Below, piece by piece: positions 24,500 to 35,957 of a stretch of 64,000 bases of DNA. The DNA comes from Mobula birostris (lineage: Eukaryota). The translations under genes were made by a program, and so were the position numbers. The stretch spans positions 36,733,097-36,797,096 of the forward strand of contig NC_092397.1 of assembly GCF_030028105.1 (NCBI RefSeq), read 5' to 3'. Every line of letters begins with the position of its first letter. Position 1 is the first letter of the stretch. Under the pieces are notes generated by a model, which was given only the letters and a program-made list of their open reading frames with translations, did not search any database and had not been told where the DNA came from.

Positions 24500-24690
24500 T
24501 GCAAAATACTGGAGGGACTCAGTGCCCCCCAGCAGCATCTGTGCAGACAAATAAATAGTTGATATTATGGGCCAAGACACTTCATCCTATCTAGACTGTT
24601 TATTCCTCTGTTTAGCTGCTGCCTGACCTGCTGAGTTCCCGCAGTACTTTGTGTGTGTCACTTCAGAGTTTATTCCCAGCATCTGCTGAA
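24500..24690. mobile_element. Old hairpin-shaped Penelope pseudo-LTR fragment
   Basis: ctggagggactcag...gcagcatct and its inverse gctgcctgacctgctgagttccc flank a hammerhead relic. Confidence 0.6.
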
Positions 24691-24770
24691 CCTTGAGTTT
24701 CATATCTGCATTTCTAAATGAGTGGGACTGTGACAGTTGTCATATAAAATGCTTGTTGACATTGAGTAAT

Positions 24771-25298
24771 AAACAGGAGAAAATCTGCAGATGCTGGAAA
24801 TCCAAGGAACACACACAACATGCTGGAGAAACTCTGCAGACCAGGCAGCATCTGTGGATAAAAGTACAGCTGACGTTTTGGGCCGAGATTCTTCAGCAGG
24901 ACTGGAGAAAAAACAATGAGGAGTAAATTTTAAAGGTGGGGGAGGGGAGAGAGAAACACAAAGTGACAGATGGAACTGGGAGAGGGAGGGATGAAGTAAA
25001 GAGCTGGGAAGTTGTTTGGTGAAAGAGATACAGGGCTGGAGAAGGGGGAGTCTGACAGGAGAGAACAGAAGGCCGTGGATGAAAGAAAAGGGGGGAGGAA
25101 CACCAGAGGGAGGCGATGGGCAGGCAATGAGAGGGAAAGGGGGATGGGGAATGATGAGCGAGGGGAGGCATGACTGGAAGATCAAGAAGTCGATGTTCAT
25201 GCCATCAGATTGGAGGCTGCCCAGACAGAATACAAAGTGTTGTTCCTCCTATCTGAGTGTGGCCTCATTGCGACAGTATACGAGGCCATGGATTGACG
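24771..25298 (-). mobile_element. Penelope-like element 3' portion with pseudo-LTR
   Basis: Reverse complement of the 21420-21850 family; hammerhead relic at 24866-24905. Confidence 0.75.
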
Positions 25299-25424
25299 TC
25301 TCCATTGAGTATATTGTTTGTGGAAGCTTGCTGTGTTCAAGTAGCTGCGGAGTTTTCTGCATAAAATCATTGACTGCTTTTGAAACATGTGGCGTGGAAC
25401 CAGCACTTGCCCCTCAAATTAATC

Positions 25425-27130
25425 CAGTCTGTTAACAACAGCACATCACCTCCCTTTTCCAAAATATAATTCAACCACACTATCACCATCCATTCCGTAA
25501 GTTTACACAAATGGGACGTCAGTGATATTGGTCTATAACTAGGAGGATCCATCAGGGGTTTCCCAGGTTTTAGAATAGACACTACAATTGCCATTTTCCA
25601 TGAGGAGGGAAGATGGCCTGAACTTCAATTATGATTTTAAAAATGTCATATTATCTCAAGAGAGTTGTTGACCATATGTTTAAACATGCAATAACATGTA
25701 TCATCCTTTCCTGGAGCCGTCTGACCTGTACTATAAATAGCTTTCTTAAATTCACACAAAGAAACTCTACATCACTAATACTATCATTGCTACAGCTGGT
25801 TTCCAACACATTAAGGTATTCTTGTAGAACCTTATCGCTACATTGTTTAGTCTCTCCACCTATTTTGATTATGAATTGCAGCAAATGACCGAGCTAGGAC
25901 TCAACCGTCTCTCCTTCAGGAACAATTGTATTACCTTCTTTAATCAATATTCAGAACCCTATGAATCCCACACCCCCATTTTCTTAGTCATTCCCCAAAC
26001 ATCTTCAAGTTTAATAGTCCTTCCAATACTTTCACAATGTGACCTCCAGTAAATCTTTTTCACAAGCTTCATTACTTTCCTCAGCACGGCCTGTGACCTG
26101 TTACACTTAATATGATCACGCGGAGAGTGATACTTAACTTTCGGAAATGCCACGTTTCTCTCAGTAACTGCCTCTGCACACTCCTCCGTCCACCACGGTA
26201 CAGCTTTTCTCCCACTAATGCACTTTTTAAATTGAATCTCTTCCACCACTATTTGATGAATAATGTGACAACGTTTCTTTGCAGAAATCCACATCATCCT
26301 CACCATTCAGCCCAGACAGACGCTCAGCACATAAAACATTCAAACTTCTCCCAATTTGCTTTACCAGAGCTCCACCTCCTAAAAGTGGCCTCATGCCCCC
26401 TATGTAAATCCAAACTCAAGCTTATAAACATAGGAAAATGATCACTCCCCAATGCCTCATCTCCCATGACATCGCACTACTCACTCCAATATTCAAAACT
26501 AAAGTTAAATTTACAGCATTTTCAGAACTATTATGAACATTAAATCTCGTACCTCTCCCACCATAAAGACTAACAGGATATGAAATATCTGAAACTCTTC
26601 TATAAACAAAATATCACCAATCTGAGAACAACCCCACAGTGAACTAACTATGTGTTAAAATCCCCACATCATACAACCCATAGTGAGCTAGAGCTACGTA
26701 TGCTCTCCAACAAATCAATCGGAAGCTTTCCACAATGGTTATAATAATACACAAACACGAGGAAATCTGCAGATGCTGGAATTTCAAGCAACACGCATAA
26801 AAGTTGCTGGTGAACGCAGCAGGCCAGGCAGCACCTCTAGGAAGAGGTACAGTCGATGTTATAATAATATACCACTTTATTGCCCCTACCTGTGGAATCA
26901 AATGTGTCTTCAAATGCCTCATACATTCCATTTACATCCACAACTTTATGCCCTCTCCCTCTCTTTAAAAAATACTTGCAACACCACCTCCTCTACCAAC
27001 TAATCTATCACGCTTAATTACAATATAACACTGGAAGGAAGAATTTAAATGCGATAGCAATCAGGTTTCCTGAATACATATAACATCACATAGATTTGAT
27101 AAATCAGAAATAAACTTGAAGTTTTGACCA
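25425..27130 (-). mobile_element. Degenerate I-clade (Nimb/I-like) non-LTR retrotransposon ORF2
   Basis: ILKPGK...SYRPISLTSHLCKL, KAVPWWTEECAEA and G.DHFP motifs; paralog at 59625-63200. Confidence 0.7.
26750..26857 (-). mobile_element. 108-bp Penelope pseudo-LTR insertion with 12-bp TSD
   Basis: gttataataata at 26738-26749 and 26858-26869 flanks the element. Confidence 0.85.
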
Positions 27131-27164
27131 TTAGAAATCAGGCTTCTGGAAATCGCCCTTCTGA

Positions 27165-27565
27165 TGCAGGCGGGGCGGGGGGGGTGCGGAATGTAGTGGG
27201 GCGTTTCTGATTGGTGAACCAGTGCCTGATCTGATTGGAAAGAGCAAATATTCCAATCACAGAGCTGCCTTATTCACCAATCAAGAGACAGCAACTGTAG
27301 AAGCGCGGAAAATACCGTCTAACCGCCGAAATAAACTGAAATTTGCAATACACCGCCAAAAAAGCCTTTGTTGCTGAAATTAAACCGCAACAGGCTTGTT
27401 TGTCGGCTCTTTACCCCCGTCACTGGAGTCCGACACACTTAAACAAAGCGTAGTTAATATTGCGATGGTGTCTGAGAAATTAGTTCACCGATATCTTTCA
27501 ATTGATAAACGATTGGAATAAAACCGGTTCTCAGCTGCTGTTCGCGGTCGGTCATTGTGTAAACT
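27165..27565 (-). promoter_or_regulatory. Orphan H2A-type promoter (gene missing)
   Basis: Homologous to 17775-18150; ATTGG 27210 and 27234, CCAAT 27253 and 27277; no TATA or CDS downstream. Confidence 0.75.
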
Positions 27566-27942
27566 CAAGTCAGTTTAGCAACGGGTTGCCCGTCAGAAAG
27601 TGGAGCTTTAACAAATACTCGGAACGACCCGTGACAATGTTCAGCTCTCGCGTCGGAATGGGGTTAAGAGAAGTATCGAAAATGGGACAAAGCTCAATGA
27701 ACCCACGGTAATTAAACCAGAAATATTAGCGTCCATGTCAGAGAAATCTGATGACCGAGAGGAAGCGACAGGGAAAGGGGTGTGTAACGATTCCGTGTCT
27801 GGGCAGTTGGCAGGAATTAACAGAGAAATTGGGATTATACTAAGCAGCGGACAGCAAGTTCTGATTAACGGGGATAAGATTCTGAATGAGCATTTCAACA
27901 AAAAATTCCAAATTTACCTCAATTCCATGTCTCAACATCGTG

Positions 27943-27984
27943 TAACTCTTTTAATGAAACTGTTGAGTGGCTCTTAAAAGAGCC
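27943..27984 (-). terminator. Histone 3' stem-loop and HDE of H2B copy 2
   Basis: Minus strand GGCTCTTTTAAGAGCC (27984-27969); AAAAGAGTTA downstream. Confidence 0.95.
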
Positions 27985-28021
27985 TTTGATTTTCCGGTTT
28001 GTTTTGTCAGTGAACTTGTCT

Positions 28022-28396
28022 TCACTTGGAGCTGGTGTACTTGGTCACCGCCTTTGTCCCTTCGGACACGGCGTGCTTGGCCAGCTCCCCGGGCAGCAGC
28101 AGGCGCACGGCGGTCTGGATCTCCCGGGAGCTGATGGTTGACCGCTTGTTGTAATGGGCCAGGCGGGAAGCCTCGCCCGCGATGCGCTCAAAAATATCGT
28201 TGACGAATGAATTCATGATGCTCATGGCCTTGGAGGAGATGCCGGTGTCGGGGTGAACCTGCTTCATCACTTTGTAGATGTAGATGGCGTAAGTCTCCTT
28301 TCTCGACCTCTTGCGCTTCTTGCCAGTCTTGCTCGCTGGTTTGGACAAAGCTTTCTTGGCGCCCTTCTTGGGAGCGGGTTTCGCTGGATCCGGCAT
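28022..28396 (-). CDS. H2B: Histone H2B (124 aa), copy 2
   Basis: True start [12 protein letters not shown] at 28396; intact core; TATTTAA at 28449-28455. Confidence 0.98.
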   Translation of the reverse strand: MPDPAKPAPKKGAKKALSKPASKTGKKRKRSRKETYAIYIYKVMKQVHPDTGISSKAMSIMNSFVNDIFERIAGEASRLAHYNKRSTISSREIQTAVRLLLPGELAKHAVSEGTKAVTKYTSSK

Positions 28397-29733
28397 TTCC
28401 TTGTCGGTTTCAAACACAATAATAAGCAGAAGCTGTCCGGAGCGCGGATTAAATAGGCAGCGCCCAAAGCGGTATGTTAATGAGGATGGGAATGCTGAGC
28501 ATTTCTATTGGCTGTTTGGAGAAATAAATCACCAATCGGAATGCTGGGGGATGGGAAGCGGCGCCAATGGGCGGGGTTTACCGCTGTCGTTTAATGCGGG
28601 AGGAAGTACTGAAGGGCAGAGACAGGCCGGGCTGCGGGCTGAAATTGAAAAGGGAAAGGCAAATTTCAAAAGCCGAATGAAAATAAAATCAGATGAAATA
28701 TTGTAAAATTAAACACTAGGACATTTAGTTCATGACATAGGGCTGCAGGAGAGTGAAGGAGAGATTTGGACATTTCAGTGTAAAGTTTAAATCGAGTTTA
28801 TTTATGCACAGGTGAAAGGATCAAAGTATTTGTAGCAGCATCACAGACACATTGCATCAGAGACACAACACTGACAAGAAACACTGAAATTAAGTATGAA
28901 TTATACCAAAATATTCAAACAGACAGAAGACTATCAGAACAAAATCAAATTAACAAACAGATTAAGCCGGCAGTGGGAGAATCATCCCTCTTGTGCTTCT
29001 TCATCTCGTCACTCTAGATTCAGTGTCACACAACGCTGCCACTTTGATCTGGCCCATGCCTTCATCAACCAAGTCCAACACTTGCCTTTATTGCATCTTC
29101 CTTCTCCTTACACTGGTCATCGGGTTTGTGGGGGTGTGCCCAGGGTTAGTGGGGGTGTGTGCCCCCTTGGACCTCAGGATTAGGTTTGAGGGTAGGGCTG
29201 GTGGATGTATATGTGGGGCTGGGAGAGATAATGCTGGGGGTTTAGTATGGAGAGATAGGTGGGGCTATGGTGGATAGGGTAGTGTAGTGTAGCCACTTCA
29301 ATCTGGCCCATTCCCTTCATTAATGTGGCCTGACACCACTTGCCTTAATGAACCGGGTGTTGCAAAGGGACACATCGTCAGTAATGCAACCTGGGGTCAT
29401 TGAGTGTTTTGGGTCTTTAATCATGAGACATCCTCACCCAGACAACCCAGCCAGGGTTAATCAGGCCCGCTTGTGTTTATCCCATGGATCAAGGTAATGA
29501 GAGGCATGTAACTCTGCACGTTGTGGGTATTTTAGACCTTGTTACTTGGCTTTATTTTGACCATTTGGGGAGTAGAATGTTCTGAGGCCTAGTAATCAGG
29601 CTTTACCTCCAAGTAAGGTTCAACTTTCCTACTTTCAGTTTAGAATTGTCTTTATTTTGCATCTGTATGCCTGGGATTGCATGGGTTAAATTAACAGTGT
29701 TCACTGCAGTACAAATTAGTGATTAGGGCTGTG

Positions 29734-29820
29734 CAGATTGGTCCATAATTCCAAAATGCAAACATCTCTGAAATCCAGATTTTTTTGTGCTGACATGACA
29801 TCACAAATGGAGAATTTTAC
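29734..29820 (+). mobile_element. Possible Tigger/pogo terminal fragment
   Basis: ctgaaatccagatttttttgtgctgacatgacatcacaaatggagaatttt resembles Tigger4-type ends (recalled, not searched). Confidence 0.4.
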
Positions 29821-30285
29821 TCAGGATTAAATGGCTTGCCTAATGAAGAGAGTTTCACGGCTCTGGGCCTCTATTCATTGGAACTTCGAAGAAAGAAGGG
29901 TTACCAAATTGAAACCTATCAAATAATGAAAGGACTTGATTGAGTGAATGTGGAGAGGATTTTTCTTGTGATGGGTGTGTCTAAAACTGGACCACACAGC
30001 TTCACAATAGAGGGTCATCCTTTTAGAATGGAAATGAGGAGGAATTTCTTCAGCCAGAGAGTGGTGAATCTGTGAATTTTTTTGCTGCAGGCAGCTGTGG
30101 AGGCCAAATCACTGGGTATAGGCAGAGATTGATAGATTCTTGATTGGTCAGGGCATGAAGGGATACAATGGAAGGCAGGAGATTGGGGCTGAGAGGAAAA
30201 ATTGATCAGTGATGATGAAATGCCAGAGAAGGCTCAACAGGCAAAATGGCCGAATTCTGCTCCCGTATCTTATGGTCTTATGGAC
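29820..30285 (+). mobile_element. Old CR1 3' end
   Basis: Same family as 2030-2460; ttatggtcttatgg tail. Confidence 0.8.
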
Positions 30286-30448
30286 TCACTTAGTGACTAA
30301 ATCTCTCCCAGAGACTGTTGATCTCAGCTTTGACTCAACCCAGCAACTGAGGCTCCACATTACTTATATAAGGAATACAGAAGTTCTTTGTTCTCTGATT
30401 AACAAAATATCTCATTTCCATCCTGAATGCTTGTCACCTCATTCTGAG

Positions 30449-30690
30449 CAACAGACACAAAATGCTGGAGGAAGTCAGCAGGCCAGGCAGCACCTATGGG
30501 AAAGAGTAACGAGTCGATGCTTCGGGCTGAGAATCTTCACCCTGAGATCTGATGAAGTGTCTCGGCCCGAAGTGTCGACTGTTTACTCTTTTTCATAGAG
30601 GCTGCCTGTCCTGCTGAGTTCTTCCAGCATTTTGTGTGTGTTGCGTTTGATTTCCAGCATCAGCAGATTCTCTCGTGTTTGTGATTTATG
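30449..30690. mobile_element. 242-bp palindromic Penelope-derived insertion with two back-to-back hammerhead relics
   Basis: Long inverted arms; TSD cctcattctgag at 30437-30448 and 30691-30702. Confidence 0.85.
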
Positions 30691-30719
30691 CCTCATTCTG
30701 AGGGTATTTTCCTCAGTTA

Positions 30720-32180
30720 TGGAGTTCTCATTCAGGGGAAAGATCCCCCTTGCCTATTGCCTGTCATATCCTGAAAGAATCTAACAGATTTCCTCGTTTT
30801 CTCATGAACAGCAGGGAATACAGACCCAGCCCACTCACTCTCCTCTCATATAACCAACCTTCCATCCCCGGAACCAACCCAGTCAGTGTGGGGAACAGTC
30901 ACTGCACTCCCTCTATTGCAGGGATATCCTTCCTGAGGAAGTGTGACCAAACCTGGACACGATACTCAAGGTGTGTTCTCACCAGGGCCATGTATAATCC
31001 CAGTGAGACCTCTGTACCCCCTTGTACAATCCCCATGGATCACAGGACAAAATACTGTTTGAACATAGAACATAGAATAGTACAGCACAGTACAGGCACT
31101 CTCATTACTTGTTGTATCTGCATGTTAACTCAAGTGATTTGTTTACAAGGACGCCCAGGTCCCTCTGAACATCCCTGTGTGGAAATGACTCTTACAGTTT
31201 GTTCCTGGGAATGGGTGATCACACATTTCCCCACATTCTGTTCCATCTGCCACATCCTCAACCGTTCACTCTCCTGTCTACATCCCCCAAACCTTCTCAC
31301 TACTGACACTGTCCCTCCCGCTCTGCCACAGCAGCAGACATAGTCACTGAGTTATGCAGCACAGAAACAGGTCCTTCAGCCCAACACATCCATGCTGACC
31401 AAGTGGCCAAACAAAATTATTGTCAGTTGCCTGCATTTGGCCCATGTCCCTGTGAAACTTCCCTCTCCACAGTCCAAGAGATATTGCAACTGTGCCCAAC
31501 TACACCACCACTTGGGGTAGTTTGTTCCATGTAAACAGCACATTCTGTGTACAAAACCTGCTCCTCAGGATCCTATTTAAATCTTTCCTCTCTCACTTTA
31601 TATCTGTAATCTCTCGCTTCCAACTCCATAAACCTGGAGATAACAGATTCACTGTTGACCGTATCTATGACTGCCATTATTTTATCACCTCTCTAATGTC
31701 ACATACACTCTGGTGAGAAAGGTCCTGGCCTATGCAGCCTCCTGTTAAATCCCTTTTGCACCCTCTCCAGTTTAATGTCACCCTCTGATCCCAGGGCAAC
31801 TATAACTGTACTCCGTGCTCCGAGAGTAGTTTCCCCGAGGCTGGTAGAGCTGTAATGTGACGTCACAGTCCAGTGCCCGATACTCTGACCGATGAATGCG
31901 AGTGTGGCGAACAGCTTCTTCACCGTCCTGCCGACCTGTGTTTGCACTCTGAAGGAATTCGATATCCGCACCCCGATATCTCTGTTTTACAGCACTCCCA
32001 GGGCCAGACCATTCCCCACGGCAGTTCTGCCCTGGTTCGTCAATGACAATGGAACATCTCACATTTATCTGTCATTCCTCAAATCAGTGACCTCATTGAT
32101 CACCATCCTGTTGTAATGTTAGTTACATTGTTTCACACTCCACGATATCACCAACTTTACTGACATCGGTAAATTTGCTG
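30720..32180 (-). mobile_element. Old CR1 fragments
   Basis: Antisense of LVR.HLEY / KLERVQK.F motifs; CR1 3' UTR pieces. Confidence 0.65.
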
Positions 32181-32234
32181 AGCCGGGCAGTGACGTTATC
32201 AGCCCTGACTCAGCTCCCAGGCTTTTCCTCGCAG

Positions 32235-32335
32235 CGATACACGCGCAGTGCTGGAGGAACTCAGCAGGCCAGGCAGCATCTATGAGAAACTGGAAACAGC
32301 CAACGTTTCAGGCCGAGACCCTCCATCAGCATCTG
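32235..32335 (-). mobile_element. Penelope pseudo-LTR fragment with hammerhead relic
   Basis: Minus strand ctgatggagggtctcggcctgaaacgttggctg. Confidence 0.75.
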
Positions 32336-32416
32336 CACAATGGTCTTGTGTTTGGTTTTCCTTCGATCCTAAGTTACTGGATAACATGACCCATCCTCCA
32401 GTCCTCTGCCACCACT

Positions 32417-32630
32417 CCTGCCCGAGAAACGCGCAGAGAGACAGAGGCGGGGAGGGGAGGAGACAGAGTCAGAGTGACGGACAGAGCCGAGAGCGGCCTC
32501 TCATCGTCCAGCTCCGTCTTCACTTTAATACACCCGGCAATTTCCAACGGTTTGTCCGAAACACAGAGCTCCAGAGAGAGAGAAAAAAACGCCCTCTAAC
32601 ACCACGTACAGAAGGAGTTCTAGGAATTTA
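32417..32630 (-). promoter_or_regulatory. Orphan truncated H4 promoter (third copy)
   Basis: 32417-32525 is almost identical to 33508-33616; it ends just before the TATA box. Confidence 0.85.
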
Positions 32631-33044
32631 TTGGCGGTTGGACTTCATCGGATCAGAATACAGTGTGATTGGCGCAGGATCAATTTCAAATTGCCCGCCA
32701 ATTTCAGAGCACCCAGCAACGGTGCTGGAAGACTTTTTAAAAAATTATTTACCGTTAGTTTTATCACGCATTATACAATTTGAGTTTCATTTAATAAATT
32801 TAATATCTAATCCCCTGAGCTAAGATTTAAATGCATAATTATGGAGTCGCTTCTCTAAAGGAGTGAACTGATTCCTGTCCGAGACAGATAAAAGGATGAA
32901 GATCGATCTTAACGCGTTCAGAGGTTCTGAAGTAATCACCGACTGGAAATGGCAGATTCGCAGGAATATTGCAAACCGAACCGATTAATCTGTTTCAAAT
33001 GTAACTCAGCGGAATGTATCGATAAAAATAATTAAAAGGGTGTG

Positions 33045-33089
33045 GATACGGCTCCGACTGTGAGGCGGTGGGTGGCTCTTAGAAGAGCC
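33045..33089 (-). terminator. Histone 3' stem-loop and HDE of H4 copy 2
   Basis: Minus strand GGCTCTTCTAAGAGCC-ACCCA (33089-33069). Confidence 0.95.
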
Positions 33090-33122
33090 TTTGTTTTGTG
33101 CTCGGGAGGAAGTGGGAGTTTT

Positions 33123-33443
<321 letters not shown>

Positions 33444-33689
33444 TCACTCAGGTCGCTGCTCACTGACAAACTGCCTGCTGCTGTCTCCTTTTATACACAG
33501 CGCCCCGACCTGCCCGAGAAACGCGCAGAGAGACAGAGGCGGGGAGGGGAGGAGACAGAGTCAGAGTGACGGACAGAGCCGAGAGCGGCCTCTCATCGTC
33601 CAGCTCCGCCTTCACTTTACCACAACCGCCAATTTCCAACGATTCATCCGACACAAAGCGCTCCAGCGAAAAACAAAACTCCCTCACAC

Positions 33690-35740
33690 ACAGTCTGAAA
33701 AGAACGAGAGCCAATGTCAGGCTAATAAACATGGTGGGACTGATGGGCTGAAATGAGTTTATTTCAACACTAGGAGTACTATGTTATCGGACGGACAGGG
33801 CTGGCAGCTCAACATTCCTGGGATTCATTGTTTTACATGTGAGTGGGGGGTTAAAAATGCAGAGGTTACCCCACTGAGAATGTCACAGCAAACTGGAAGG
33901 TTCATTTACAGAGGCAATCTGCAGTTACACTGTTGGGGCGTTTGTATTGGCCCCGCAACAACCAGTGGGGGGACATTATCTTCTCTAGATTAACTGGAAC
34001 TTGCTTAATTCTTAAATGCGCCAGATTTCTTCAGTGAATCTGAGAGGTGTTTGAAACATTATGTACAGGGCCCAACCAGAGGTGAGAACAGTTGGGAATG
34101 AGCCAGGCCAGGTGACAGTTGAGAGTCAGTGAACATTTTGGGAACAGTGATCACAAGTTTCTTTTTTCTTAGTTACAAGTAAGAATAAAAGTAGATCTTG
34201 TATGAAGGTACTAATTTGCAGGAGGACAAGTCAGGACGGAGGAAGACAGGAGCCAAGGGACATTGATTGGGAGCAGCCACTGTCAGACAAGTCCACATCT
34301 GATGTGTGGGAGTTGTTTAAAGACCAGCAACTCTGAGTTCAGGATCAGCATGTTCCGGTGAGGAGTGAGGAGAAGGATGGTAAGTAAGGGATTTTTAGAC
34401 AAGCGGAGAGATCCTAAATTTAGTCAAAAGGTTATGGAAGGTTTGTGAAGCTAAAGTCAGACTGGGTACCTTTGGAATATAAAGGTAGCAGGGAAATGCT
34501 AAAGCAGGTGATAGGAAAGGCCAAAAGGGGCCACAAACTGTCCTTGTAATGTAGGACCAAAGATGATCCCAAGGCCTTGTGGTTTGTATTAATAAGACGA
34601 GGATAACCAGAGAATAGAAATGTCGACTCAAGATTAAAGGAGGAATGATGTGGTTGAAGTCAGATCAAGTGGCTGAGGTACTGAATGAGTACGTTGTGTC
34701 AGTATTTACTGAAGTGAAGGAATTGAATGGCAATGAAAACAGAATGAGGCATGTGAATGTGCAGAGACATTTTGAGATTAAGGAGCAGGTTGTGCTGGGA
34801 CGTCTGAAAAGCAATAAGATGGCTAAGACTCCAGGGCCTGAAGGCAAATATCCTACAACAGTGAAGGAAACAAGTGAGCAGATTGCTGGCGATTTGACAA
34901 GGATCTATGTGTCTTCGATCACAACATGTGAGGTCCCACAGGACTGGAGTGTCGGAAATGTTGCAGCTTTGATCAAGAAGGGAAATAACAAGAATCCAGG
35001 AACCAAAAGGCAAGGCAGCCTCATTTCAGTGGCAGAGAAGCTACTGGGGAGGATATTGAGGTACAGGATTTATGCACATTCAGAAAGGCATGGCCTGCTT
35101 AGGGACATTCAACATGGTTTTGTGTAGGGAGATCATGCTTGATAAAAATCATTGAGGAGGTGACACAGACTAAGATATAGGAGCAGAATTCGACCATTTG
35201 GCCCATCGAGTCTGCTCCGACATTTCATTGTGGCTGATCCATTTTTCCTCTCAGCCCCAGTCTCCTGCCTTTCCCCTGTATCCCTTCATACTCTGACCAA
35301 TCAAGAATCTATCAACCTCTGCCTTAAATATACATAAAGACCTGGCTTGACAGCTCCGTGTGGCAATGAATTCCACAGATGAACCACTCTCTGGCGAAAA
35401 AAAATCCCCATCTCCACATTCTACAAGGATGCTCCTCTATTCTGAGGCTGTGTCCTGATATTAGTCACTCCAATCCTCTGCACATCCACTTTATGACTGT
35501 GTTTCACCATTCGATAGGTTTCAATTGGGCCACCCCTCATTGATCAAAAATTCCAGTGAATACAGGCCCAGAGCCATCAAACACTCTTCATGTGGCAACC
35601 TGTTTCATCCTGCAATCAATCTGGAGAACGTCCTTTGAAACCCATTGAGTTTCAGCTCATCCTTCCTGAGATAAAGGGCCGAAAACTGCTCACAATACTC
35701 CAGTGAGACCTCCTCAGTACTTTATAAAGTCTGATCATTA
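33690..35740. mobile_element. Old CR1 remnants (+ 33690-35165; - 35170-35740), duplicated with 1912-3230
   Basis: ORF 34645-35127 (EVLNEY..SVFT, KTPGPEG, QHGFV); same insertion junction as at 2460. Confidence 0.75.
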
Positions 35741-35957
35741 TTATGATTGGCGCAGATATTCTGGGCCGAAGGGCAGGTTGCCATCTGTTCCATATTGTGT
35801 ACTGATGAATATGTTTGATCTAACAGCTATTGGCAGGGACATGGTTGCAGAGACTGGGACTTCGACATTCCACTATATTCAATGTTCCACACAGAATCAG
35901 CGAAATGGAAAGGAGCAGGGTGGATTTGTTCATAACCTGCTGCTGAAGGAGTGGATA

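Noticed and set aside
29038-29325. Imperfect ~30-bp direct repeat (gccacttYRatctggcccat) at 29038 and 29292
   Set aside because: Probably part of an unidentified old repeat; cannot be assigned from sequence alone
32248-32823. 191-aa ORF
   Set aside because: Chance read-through across a Penelope fragment, the antisense H4 promoter and spacer
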